62,360 nt of DNA from Candidatus Woesearchaeota archaeon (lineage in GTDB: Archaea; Nanobdellota; Nanobdellia; Pacearchaeales; UBA284), in NCBI GenBank assembly GCA_964413705.1, contig CAYPSK010000001.1:1-62360 (forward strand), in the 5' to 3' direction. Shown here piece by piece: positions 45,792 to 53,784 of the stretch (position 1 is the stretch's first letter; each line of letters opens with the position of its first letter). Below the pieces are notes generated by a model. That model ran no database searches, was not told the DNA's origin, and worked only from the letters and a program-made list of their open reading frames with translations. A program made the position numbers and the translations under genes.

Positions 45792-46841
45792 CTATTTCAA
45801 TCCTCTTCTCTGGAGTTCTGCTTCAACATCCATTGGAACGCTGATCATAATATTACACACATCCCTATTTCCAGCCAACCAGTTTTGAGTGTATCCCGCT
45901 ATTTCTATATCCAAAATAAGCGCTTTTATGCTTTCCTCTCCCATTGTTATCTTAGTTTCAAATAATACTACTTTTCTAGGGATAAGTCCAGAATTAGCTT
46001 TAGAATAAAGATTTACATCAAAAACATTAACACGGAATATCTTTCCTAGCAAACCATAACAATACCATTCAAAATCATTTAAGTGAACATGATTTCCACC
46101 AGTAAGCCAATTACCCTGCTGGATTATCGTTTGTCTTTTTATATCTCTTCCATAATCCACTAATTCTGCCAAAAGTTTCTCAGCATCATTTAAATCAGAG
46201 ATATTTACTTTTACACCAACTGTTTTAAGTATAGCTTGTAAGCCTTTCTCAACTACTTGCTCTACTTTATTTCCTAAAAAAGAAGAAGGCACAAACCTTT
46301 CATCAGTAGTTGCATAAGAAGTAATCCCCTGGACTTCATTTATATCTATTTCATATGTTTTTTTGGATATGTTTGTTTGTTTAATACTTAGTGGATAGAA
46401 ATGCATACTATATATCCCCACAGACCTGATTATGCTCTGGTCATCTAAATATCCAAGAATCCTTAATTCTCCTGAACCTCCCCTCTCTCCACATTTATAG
46501 TCTGCTCTTAATCTTATGCTTCCTTGGTAGCATCCTAGTGTAAAGTAATGAGTTGCCCCAAAAAGAGGGAATACCTGGGCCCCCTCTTCTTGGCTTTGGC
46601 CTTTTCTTATAGTTCTCCAATCATCTCTGCATGGGACAAATGTTGGAGAGTAAGGTATGCAGGCTTGATTTTGAGCTTGAATAGATGCAGAATTTAATTG
46701 ATTCCCTGGACTAGTAGGGATAGTGGTTCCAGATTCTTGACCAAGAGTATTTTGGCCTAAAGCAATTCCTGGAATAGAGTTCGCAATAATACTACTTGCT
46801 AGAATCAAATCAACTAAAGAGGACCTCCTTTTTAACCCCAT
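45792..46841 (-). CDS. Secreted hypothetical protein
   Basis: Signal-like N-terminus (SLVDLILASSIIANSIPGIALGQ), then a Q/S/T-rich linker and a globular domain. No motif recognised. Confidence 0.45.
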   Translation of the reverse strand: MGLKRRSSLVDLILASSIIANSIPGIALGQNTLGQESGTTIPTSPGNQLNSASIQAQNQACIPYSPTFVPCRDDWRTIRKGQSQEEGAQVFPLFGATHYFTLGCYQGSIRLRADYKCGERGGSGELRILGYLDDQSIIRSVGIYSMHFYPLSIKQTNISKKTYEIDINEVQGITSYATTDERFVPSSFLGNKVEQVVEKGLQAILKTVGVKVNISDLNDAEKLLAELVDYGRDIKRQTIIQQGNWLTGGNHVHLNDFEWYCYGLLGKIFRVNVFDVNLYSKANSGLIPRKVVLFETKITMGEESIKALILDIEIAGYTQNWLAGNRDVCNIMISVPMDVEAELQRRGLK

Positions 46842-46861
46842 ATATAATTAAACTGAAAAAC

Positions 46862-46869
46862 TTTATAAA
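46862..46869 (+). promoter_or_regulatory. TATA-box-like element
   Basis: TTTATAAA is centred about 24 nt upstream of the ATG at 46890. Confidence 0.3.
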
Positions 46870-46889
46870 GATTATGTTTTATATCTGTT

Positions 46890-47198
46890 ATGCCAAGAAT
46901 ATCATCTAAAAAAGAGGACAAGATAAAAGAATCAGTACTGCATCTACTATTTCAGCAATCTCCTAAAGCACTGTTCACAGCCTCAATTTCTCAAGAACTT
47001 GCACGCGATGAAGAATATATCAAAAAACTTCTTCTAGACCTAGAGGGCAAGAAGCTAGTGGCCTCTATAAGAAAGAATAAAGCAGGCTTGCCCCTAAAAA
47101 AGAGAATAAGGTGGCATCTGACTCAACCAGCTTACGAGACATATAAGAAGATGCAGCCAAGCATAAATCCCCTCTATGATGCTCTGGACTTTGAATAA
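46890..47198 (+). CDS. Small winged-helix DNA-binding protein (putative regulator)
   Basis: 102 aa. The pattern SVLHLLFQQSPKALFTASISQELARDEEYIKKLLLDLEGKKLVASI fits a wHTH. Confidence 0.45.
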   Translation: MPRISSKKEDKIKESVLHLLFQQSPKALFTASISQELARDEEYIKKLLLDLEGKKLVASIRKNKAGLPLKKRIRWHLTQPAYETYKKMQPSINPLYDALDFE

Positions 47199-47293
47199 GC
47201 AAATTATTTTGCTGTTTTCTTTATTTTCGTATACTTTTAATATACCTAATAGAATACAATAAGTTATTTAAAGAAAGATAAGCAAAATTAAAT

Positions 47294-47962
47294 ATGATAA
47301 ATGAAGAGGCTGTTAAAGATTCTTTTAAGAAAATAAAGAGTGAGATGCACTATCTTGCATCAGAAATATTCTCAATTAAGAACCAGATTCAAGAGCTCAA
47401 TGATCTTATTTCTCAGATAAATCTAATAAATACTCAATTTAATCAATCCAGCACATCTGCAACAGACACACAGCAAATAGAAGAAAATCCAGCAGATAAT
47501 ACCTATTATAATGCTGAATTAAGCCTTAATTCCCAAAGTTCCATAGGAAATGAAGGGGTTCCAGCAGACAGACAACAGACAGACAGCAGACAAATTATTG
47601 GGGGAACGCCTGAAAAAAAGGCCCCAATGGAACTAGATGAATCTCAAAACATATCTCATCTTATAGATAGCCTAAAAAATGATCTAAAGCAAAAGTTCAG
47701 GAGCCTTACTAAACAGGAATTCCTTGTTTTCTCTTTAGTATATTCTCTTACAGAGGAGAGTGGCGAGGCAAGCTACAAAGAGATAGCTCTTCGATCTAAA
47801 CTTACAGAGAGCTCAATTAGAGATTATATCTCGAGGCTGGAACATAAAGGAATTCCTCTTATCAAGGAGAAAAAGAACAACAGGCTCGTTGTTATTAAGG
47901 TCCCAAAAGAGCTTAGGGACATAGCTGCCCTCGATAGTCTAGTTAAGCTCAATAAGAACTAG
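47294..47962 (+). CDS. Coiled-coil protein with C-terminal LuxR/sigma70-region-4-like HTH
   Basis: The C-terminus LTKQEFLVFSLVY...SYKEIALRSKLTESSIRDYISRLEHKG fits this HTH type. An N-terminal coiled coil and a Q/S-rich linker precede it. Paralogous in architecture to 48341..49084. Confidence 0.45.
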   Translation: MINEEAVKDSFKKIKSEMHYLASEIFSIKNQIQELNDLISQINLINTQFNQSSTSATDTQQIEENPADNTYYNAELSLNSQSSIGNEGVPADRQQTDSRQIIGGTPEKKAPMELDESQNISHLIDSLKNDLKQKFRSLTKQEFLVFSLVYSLTEESGEASYKEIALRSKLTESSIRDYISRLEHKGIPLIKEKKNNRLVVIKVPKELRDIAALDSLVKLNKN

Positions 47963-48340
47963 TTAGTAATTAATGAAAATCGTTTAACCGAATATCTATT
48001 AAGGAGTATTCCTGCCCCAATAAGCAAGTTCTTAGACTCTTCAATTTTTTGTTATATTGCTGAATTAGGCCCTATTTCCTCTTTTTAGTGTATCCCTCTT
48101 TTTTACCTCAATTTGAATTTTTTTCAGCGCTTTTTTACTCAACTACGACTCTCACTCACTTTTACCTATTTTTTGATTTTTTTTGCCATTTCACTATTTT
48201 TTCTCTTATTTTCTAGCTCTCACGAACTCTCACTTTTTCCTTTTTTAGTGTTTTTTATAGCTAAAATAAGGGATTGTACGAACCTTTTTCCCATATAAAC
48301 CCTCTCTTTTGCTTATTTTAGGCCATTTTTTTACCTATGT

Positions 48341-49084
48341 TTATATGGTATTTTCCTCAATTTCTTCACTATTTTTTCTCTTAATTCTAGCTCTATTCTT
48401 CATCTGTCTGATCAAACTTTCCTTTATTTTTGGGGCAATATAATATCTCTTTTTTCCATTATTTTCAAGTTGTTCTAAAATCAAATCAGCACTTTTGCTT
48501 TTTATGCTGTTCAATTGTCCGCGAACAGTCGCTTTGCTTTTTCCCAGCAAAACAGAAATATCATCGCAGCTTAATTTTAATTCTGAATTCAAAACAATCC
48601 AAACAATTGTTCTTTCACTAGCACTTAAATTCTTCAAAAAATTGTTAAAAACTGATGTTTGAACACCTGTTTGAACACCTGTTTGAACACCTTCAACAGC
48701 TGTTTGTTTATAAACAGCTGTTTGTCGTTGTTTAAACACCTTGCCATATTTTGATGTTTCAAAGAAAGAAATGAAACCTTTTATATCGTCGACATCTGCC
48801 TTAATTTTGAGAATTTCTTCAAACAGCTGTTTAAATTGATCCTCGTGTTTACCCCGATGGGTGTTTAAATGGCCAATCCACACACTAATCTTGTCAATAT
48901 CATCACGAACAGAATCAAAAGAACTAGCAATTTCATCCTTTAACTTATCCTCTTTCTTTTTTCCAAACCACAAAAAACCCATATAATTTATATTTTTTCT
49001 TGTTTTTAAATCTTTCTGAAAAATAGAGAAAAAACACAAAAATCGGAGCTCTCTTGAAAGATAAGGAAAAAAATATAAACTCAA
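48341..49084 (-). CDS. Coiled-coil protein with C-terminal HTH (paralog-like of 47294..47962)
   Basis: The C-terminus LSASERTIVWIVL...SCDDISVLLGKSKATVRGQLNSIKSK fits the same HTH type. There is an internal QTAV / VQTG repeat linker. The likely start is MGFLWFGKKK at 48982. Confidence 0.45.
   Translation of the reverse strand: MSLYFFPYLSRELRFLCFFSIFQKDLKTRKNINYMGFLWFGKKKEDKLKDEIASSFDSVRDDIDKISVWIGHLNTHRGKHEDQFKQLFEEILKIKADVDDIKGFISFFETSKYGKVFKQRQTAVYKQTAVEGVQTGVQTGVQTSVFNNFLKNLSASERTIVWIVLNSELKLSCDDISVLLGKSKATVRGQLNSIKSKSADLILEQLENNGKKRYYIAPKIKESLIRQMKNRARIKRKNSEEIEENTI
48656..48691. repeat. Perfect 3 x 12-nt tandem repeat (TGTTTGAACACC) inside the 48341..49084 CDS
   Basis: Read directly from the sequence. 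It encodes (VQTG)3 on the minus strand. A nearby AACAGCTGTTTGT duplication encodes QTAV twice. Confidence 0.9.
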
Positions 49085-49099
49085 ACTTCCTAAAAAATC

Positions 49100-49246
49100 A
49101 TGGTGGCAACAGTAATATATATCTCTGCAATTCTGACCATAATAATTGGCATTTTGATTTTGATTTGGCCAAAATTGATTAGAATAGGCTTAGGAATATA
49201 CTTGATTTTGGTAGGTATTTTATCGCTTCTCGGAACTTTAATCTAA
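49100..49246 (+). CDS. DUF3096-like small two-TM membrane protein (48 aa; below the ORF-track cutoff)
   Basis: The translation MVATVIYISAILTIIIGILILIWPKLIRIGLGIYLILVGILSLLGTLI has the typical DUF3096 pattern. Confidence 0.5.
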   Translation: MVATVIYISAILTIIIGILILIWPKLIRIGLGIYLILVGILSLLGTLI

Positions 49247-49298
49247 AGAAGAAAGAGGAGATAAAAATAACAAGTTTTTTCTTAGTTAAAACTTCGCT

Positions 49299-49334
49299 AA
49301 ATCTTCTGCTCAAAGCGCAGAACTTTTAGCATGA
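49299..49334 (+). repeat. Direct repeat copy 1 (AAATCTTCTGCTCAAAGCGCAGAACTTTTAGCATGA)
   Basis: Aligns with 49890..49925. In frame it reads KSSAQSAELLA-stop, versus KSSARR-stop-KLLA-stop in copy 2. Confidence 0.6.
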
Positions 49335-49421
49335 AGGAAATTCTGAAAAATTTAAAAAAAGATCAAAAAATTGTGCAAAAAATCACCATAAAGATTAAAA
49401 AGCAGAGGATTATGGACTAAA

Positions 49422-49910
49422 ATGGCCAAAACAAGACGAAAAGCAGAAAAAGCATCGAGAGATAAAAAACCAAGAGTCTACTTTACATTCTTCAGACCAT
49501 ATAGTCCAAATCTTGCCACCGCAAAAGAGGCAGCGATAGTTGGGATACTGGCCCGTTATGTGAGAAATGATTTGAACCGTAGAAAGACACATCCCGGTTA
49601 CCCCTTCAATACAAGGGTTGCATATAAACCTAAAGAAGATATTGAAGAAAACCAATTAGGTGTTACTAACAAACCACGGGTAGAAGGATTAATAGAAATG
49701 GTTCAATTAGTTTTTAGATACTGTAATGGAAGAGTTCTTTCAGAAAGACTGCCAGGTTATTTCTTTGCAAATGTTTCAGATTTAGAGGAGTTTGGGCAAC
49801 TACCAAAAAGAACAAGAGATAGTCTAAGAGAAGAAGTTGAAAGACACTACAGATCTCATGATTCTCTAGATCTATTAATATTTGGAGTCAAATCTTCTGC
49901 GCGTCGCTAG
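49422..49910 (+). CDS. Hypothetical basic protein
   Basis: A 162-aa ORF with non-repetitive composition, flanked by the 36-nt direct repeats. No motif recognised. Confidence 0.4.
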   Translation: MAKTRRKAEKASRDKKPRVYFTFFRPYSPNLATAKEAAIVGILARYVRNDLNRRKTHPGYPFNTRVAYKPKEDIEENQLGVTNKPRVEGLIEMVQLVFRYCNGRVLSERLPGYFFANVSDLEEFGQLPKRTRDSLREEVERHYRSHDSLDLLIFGVKSSARR

Positions 49911-49925
49911 AAACTTTTAGCATGA
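49890..49925 (+). repeat. Direct repeat copy 2 (AAATCTTCTGCGCGTCGCTAGAAACTTTTAGCATGA)
   Basis: Covers the last codons and stop of 49422..49910. The flanks AAATCTTCTGC and ACTTTTAGCATGA are identical to copy 1. Confidence 0.6.
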
Positions 49926-49965
49926 GTAAAAAATAGGCCAAAAATCTCAAAAAACAACCAAAAAC

Positions 49966-49989
49966 TTCACTTAATCAGTATTAAGTGAA
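49966..49989. promoter_or_regulatory. Perfect palindrome TTCACTTAAT-CAGT-ATTAAGTGAA (recombinase core-site-like or operator)
   Basis: 10-nt perfect inverted arms. It can also be read as 9-nt arms with a 6-nt spacer TCAGTA. It lies 67 nt upstream of the recombinase ATG. Confidence 0.5.
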
Positions 49990-50027
49990 CCCCCAAATTC
50001 TCATCTTTTCCACAAAAAAACATAATA

Positions 50028-50037
50028 TTTATAAATA
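50028..50037 (+). promoter_or_regulatory. TATA-box-like element upstream of the recombinase gene
   Basis: TTTATAAATA is centred about 24 nt upstream of the ATG at 50056. Confidence 0.3.
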
Positions 50038-50055
50038 AGGTTCGTTTTAATCTTT

Positions 50056-50997
50056 ATGAAAAAAGAGGATGTTGATAGTTATTTAGAAAAAGTCTCTACA
50101 GAGATTAAACTTAGAGGTCTAAGCAAAAGGACAATAGAGATATATTCCTTCTTTTTAAAAAAATATTTAGAAAGTTTAAATGTTCCTGCAGAACAAGCAA
50201 CAAGACAAGATGTTAATAATTTTTTAGCAAGTCTTGTTGATATCTATAAAAATCGAACAAGAGCTCTTGCAACATCTTCAATTCGATTTTTGTACAAAGA
50301 AATTTTAGATAAACCTGAAATAATTATCAAAATCAAAAATCCTAAAAAGCAGGAGGTTCTTCCAACAATCCTGACAAAAGAAGAAGTTCAAAATCTTATT
50401 AATTCAGTTAAAAGTCAAAAGTCAAAATTAATCATTCTTTTTTTATATGCCACTGGAATAAGGGTTTCAGAATTAACCAGCTTAAAAATTAATGATCTTG
50501 ACCTCCAGTATAGTAATGGGATAGTTCATGGCAAAGGGGGCAAGCAAAGACAAATTTACTTATCTAAGAACCTTGTCGAAGAACTAAAATTGTATTTTAA
50601 CAATAAACAAGAAAAAGAAGGAAATATCCAAAGTAATACCTCTCAGAGCCCCTATCTTTTTCCCAGCCATAAAGACCCCCAATTTCCATTAACTGTAAGA
50701 AACATCCAAAAAATAATCAAAGTTGCAACAAAAAAAGCAGGAATCAGCAAAAAAGTAACACCACATACTTTAAGACATTCTTTTGCAACACATCACCTTC
50801 AATCAGGCACAGATATAAGAAAAATTCAGATGTTGCTTGGGCACGCAAGAATAGACACGACCCAGATATACACTAATCTTTCAAATAAAGATCTAGAAAC
50901 TCTGAAAAATCCTGCAGATGATTTAGATTTTTCAGTTAAAGAAGAAGAACAAGTAAAAATAGAAGAAATAGAGGATAAACATGAAAAGTTAATTTAA
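50056..50997 (+). CDS. xerA: Tyrosine recombinase (XerA/XerC/XerD-like integrase)
   Basis: An N-terminal SAM-like core-binding domain. The catalytic region has ATGIRVSEL (Arg I), HGKGGKQR, TLRHSFATHH (His-x-x-Arg) and LLGHARIDTTQIYT (His and the Tyr nucleophile). Confidence 0.85.
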   Translation: MKKEDVDSYLEKVSTEIKLRGLSKRTIEIYSFFLKKYLESLNVPAEQATRQDVNNFLASLVDIYKNRTRALATSSIRFLYKEILDKPEIIIKIKNPKKQEVLPTILTKEEVQNLINSVKSQKSKLIILFLYATGIRVSELTSLKINDLDLQYSNGIVHGKGGKQRQIYLSKNLVEELKLYFNNKQEKEGNIQSNTSQSPYLFPSHKDPQFPLTVRNIQKIIKVATKKAGISKKVTPHTLRHSFATHHLQSGTDIRKIQMLLGHARIDTTQIYTNLSNKDLETLKNPADDLDFSVKEEEQVKIEEIEDKHEKLI

Positions 50998-51000
50998 GAA

Positions 51001-51324
51001 TCAAGCGAAAACTTCTTCTTTTTCAGGTTTAACTAAAGCAGCTTCTGATAATTTCATATCAATTGCAAACAATGCTTTAGCAATAGGATTATCTAAGTTT
51101 AATTTGTATAATCCACTTTTGCCAATTTTTCTTGTCTTGATAACAATTCCCTGTTTGATTAATCCAGGGATAATATCTATTAAAGTAGTATAAGCAACAC
51201 TACTTTCTTTTGCAATTTGTGTCAAAGAGAAATCCATTGCAAAATTATCCAGTAAAAAATCCAAGATTCTTATCTTAGGAGTATCTCCAAGATATTTCAA
51301 TAAAAATGATTCTTCTTTTTCCAT
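51001..51324 (-). CDS. Winged-helix transcriptional regulator
   Basis: LGDTPKIRILDFLLDNFAMDFSLTQIAKESSVAYTTLIDIIPGLIKQGIVIKTRKIGKSGLYKLN is a complete wHTH pattern. Confidence 0.55.
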   Translation of the reverse strand: MEKEESFLLKYLGDTPKIRILDFLLDNFAMDFSLTQIAKESSVAYTTLIDIIPGLIKQGIVIKTRKIGKSGLYKLNLDNPIAKALFAIDMKLSEAALVKPEKEEVFA

Positions 51325-51458
51325 ACAATTACTAATTAACTAAGTATTTAAATCTTTCTATTTTCGTATTTTCTTTATTTATTTCATAATTAAATTACAT
51401 AAACAACAACCTTTATATATATGTTACAATTTAGATAGGCATTAAAAGAAGCGATAGA

Positions 51459-51740
51459 ATGGCAGAATATAATTTACTTAAGGCAAATCTTTTGTTTAAA
51501 CTATACAGAAAAGGAAAATGGGGCGGAGCCCACACACCAATAAGGAATTTGTTCCATCTTTTAGATCAATCTAGTATAAAAGAATCTAAAAAAGCATTAA
51601 GAGAATTAATCAATATGGGCTTGGTTCTTATCAAGCCATCAACAGGCGAAGAACACATTAGTCTGAATTCACATAAAAGCAAAGAAATTAAGGATTTTAT
51701 TCTAAATGTTCTAAAAATTGATCCTAAATTATTAGAATAG
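51459..51740 (+). CDS. Hypothetical small protein (possible wHTH)
   Basis: A 93-aa ORF, divergent from 51001..51324. ALRELINMGLVLIKPSTGEEHISLN looks like a wing segment. Confidence 0.35.
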   Translation: MAEYNLLKANLLFKLYRKGKWGGAHTPIRNLFHLLDQSSIKESKKALRELINMGLVLIKPSTGEEHISLNSHKSKEIKDFILNVLKIDPKLLE

Positions 51741-51793
51741 GCCCACAAGATACATTATCCGTATTGCACTTTTCCAAGAAAAAGATGATGTTT

Positions 51794-52420
51794 TTAGCCT
51801 ATTGGATAAGATTTGACGATATCTAAAAATTCATCTAGATTATCAGTAATTCTGCGTATAGACTCAACAACTTGAAAAATATCTGTAGACTCTTCAATAA
51901 CATTTCTTCTTGTTTCTCCAGGCAACCAAATCTCCCCACCCAAAAACCAGGAATTTAATCTAGGTTGCTTGTTTCTCCATTCTTCTCCAGTAAGGCCTTC
52001 AAGACCTGCCCACCCATACAGTTTTAAATTAACTAAAAAGTTATCATAAGCGCCTTTAAAAGCGTCTGAAAATCCAAAAAGAAATGTTTGTTTTTTAATT
52101 TGATCAAGACGAAGATATTCTGCGGTTATGCTTTCTAAAGGCGCTCCCTGGGTTCCTCGAATGTAATTTTCTGCTGGTATATCTCCAGAAATTTCTCTAA
52201 GGGCATTTTGTGGGCTAGGGGTCTGTTGTGGATTACTAATTTTCAAACAAAGGTGTTCTTCTAATAGTCTATGATGGTTTGAAGTTCCAAAAACCTTGTG
52301 CATATTTGTAGAGTTCACATAAATAAGTGCAGGAGGTTTATTTGAAGATAAATCTGCTAACCAATCTCCCCCTTGGGATGAATCTTGATTTTGTTTTCCT
52401 ATGTTTTCTTTTGGTGGCAT
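51794..52420 (-). CDS. Hypothetical protein
   Basis: A 208-aa ORF, last gene of a same-strand cluster. No motif recognised. Confidence 0.4.
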   Translation of the reverse strand: MPPKENIGKQNQDSSQGGDWLADLSSNKPPALIYVNSTNMHKVFGTSNHHRLLEEHLCLKISNPQQTPSPQNALREISGDIPAENYIRGTQGAPLESITAEYLRLDQIKKQTFLFGFSDAFKGAYDNFLVNLKLYGWAGLEGLTGEEWRNKQPRLNSWFLGGEIWLPGETRRNVIEESTDIFQVVESIRRITDNLDEFLDIVKSYPIG

Positions 52421-52478
52421 GTTAATAGTTTCAAGAAAGATTAGGGGTTTTTCTATTTTTAAAGATTTCTGTGATTTT

Positions 52479-52880
52479 TTACTTTGGCAGATGAATACAG
52501 ATTATATCTTTAGGTCTAATATTTGTTCCAAATGTTTCGTAAACATATTCAACAGCAAGGTGCGTTTCTCTTGCTACCATTGCCCTATTTTCTTTAATTT
52601 TTTCTTTATTTTCTCCAGTTAGTTCTAATGGATTTTCACGATTTGTATAATAACCCCATATCTGGTATGCAACTGCTTCTTCAACACATTTATGGCCTTG
52701 AGTAGTAAAATAAAGCATTTGTAAACTGCCTTTATCTGTTCGGCAAACACTATAGCCTGAGCCTGGAAAAGATGAAGGCTCTTGATTTGGTTTAGAATAC
52801 CTGCCACAACCAGAAAAAGTAAATAATACTGCACTTGCAGCAGCAGCAACAATTAAAGCGATTAATCCTTTATGTTTCAT
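52479..52880 (-). CDS. Putative lipoprotein
   Basis: Signal peptide plus a lipobox-like FSGC (MKHKGLIALIVAAAASAVLFTFSGC). Confidence 0.5.
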   Translation of the reverse strand: MKHKGLIALIVAAAASAVLFTFSGCGRYSKPNQEPSSFPGSGYSVCRTDKGSLQMLYFTTQGHKCVEEAVAYQIWGYYTNRENPLELTGENKEKIKENRAMVARETHLAVEYVYETFGTNIRPKDIICIHLPK

Positions 52881-52946
52881 ATATTCTAGAAACTCAGGTA
52901 TTTTTAAGTTTTATTGTGATTTTTGGTGATTTTTGAGAAGTGTGCT

Positions 52947-53213
52947 TTAAAAGAAAAAGTCTAAAAGCTGTAATAAAAAACCAAGGCCCAATAAAACCAA
53001 AAATACAAACAATTTCTTTTCTTCTTTAGATATCTTAACTTCTTTAAGTCCTTTCTTGGTTTGATCGTAACGATATACTCTGCGCCTTTGTTCATCATCT
53101 GGATATTCAATTATCTGAAAAGATTTGGGTTTTCCAAAATTTATTAGAGTATCAAAAGCAAAATAAAAAGAACCTCCAAAACTCAAAATTAATCCGATTA
53201 AAGTTAAAATCAT
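52947..53213 (-). CDS. Small two-TM membrane protein
   Basis: 88 aa, with hydrophobic N- and C-terminal helices around a charged loop. Confidence 0.4.
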   Translation of the reverse strand: MILTLIGLILSFGGSFYFAFDTLINFGKPKSFQIIEYPDDEQRRRVYRYDQTKKGLKEVKISKEEKKLFVFLVLLGLGFLLQLLDFFF

Positions 53214-53225
53214 TTTTTATTTTTC

Positions 53226-53522
53226 TTATCTTATCAGGAGTTTTATCATTTCACTTATAGGGCCACAAATACCAATAACTTTTAAAATTGCCCAAATAAT
53301 AAATAAAACTATTGATAAAGGTAAAAAAGCAACAAATCCTCGTGTTTCAGTTCTTGTAAAAAAAGCTTCGCCAAAAAACAGCCATATCGCACCAAAAATC
53401 GCAACTAAAATAAGAATTTTATCACAATAATTTTGCGATAACAACCCCCAAAAAAGTAAGATTATTAAGAGTATAAGAATTATCCAAGCGAAGATAGTTT
53501 CTGCTTGTCCTTTCTTATTCAT
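53226..53522 (-). CDS. Small membrane protein with class III (pilin-like) signal-like N-terminus
   Basis: MNKKGQAETIFAWIILILLIILLF has KKG|Q followed by a hydrophobic helix. Two further TM helices follow. Confidence 0.4.
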   Translation of the reverse strand: MNKKGQAETIFAWIILILLIILLFWGLLSQNYCDKILILVAIFGAIWLFFGEAFFTRTETRGFVAFLPLSIVLFIIWAILKVIGICGPISEMIKLLIR

Positions 53523-53685
53523 TTTTTAAAACTTTTTTTAACTCCTTAAAACAAAAATCACACAAAGGAATTTCAGCTTGAGGAGAAGAGTATATGCCTT
53601 TAATTAAGATATTGTATTTAGCAGAGTGGCCCCTACAAACACATTGTTCGGAAATTGAATTACATTTAATTTCTACTCTACTCAT
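53515..53685 (-). CDS. Cys-rich 56-aa protein (below the ORF-track cutoff)
   Basis: The hand translation is MSRVEIKCNSISEQCVCRGHSAKYNILIKGIYSSPQAEIPLCDFCFKELKKVLKNE, with C-x6-CxC ... CxxC. Its stop overlaps the start of 53226..53522 by 8 nt, suggesting translational coupling. Confidence 0.35.
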   Translation of the reverse strand: MSRVEIKCNSISEQCVCRGHSAKYNILIKGIYSSPQAEIPLCDFCFKELKKVLKNE

Positions 53686-53755
53686 TCAAAATCCAATAAT
53701 AACTTATATTTAAACCTATCGCTTGGTACTAAGCACTTGGTAGTGGTAAGAAATA

Positions 53756-53763
53756 TTTATAAA
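53756..53763 (+). promoter_or_regulatory. TATA-box-like element
   Basis: TTTATAAA is centred about 25 nt upstream of the ATG at 53785. Confidence 0.3.
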
Positions 53764-53784
53764 TCCTTTTTTGTTAAGTAAATT

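Noticed and set aside
48113-48298. 61-aa + strand ORF in the spacer between the convergent HTH genes (also 42962..43318 and 21855..22157)
   Set aside because: The peptides are Phe/Leu/Ser-rich and derive from pyrimidine-rich, T-rich spacer or antisense sequence. There are no start context or motifs.
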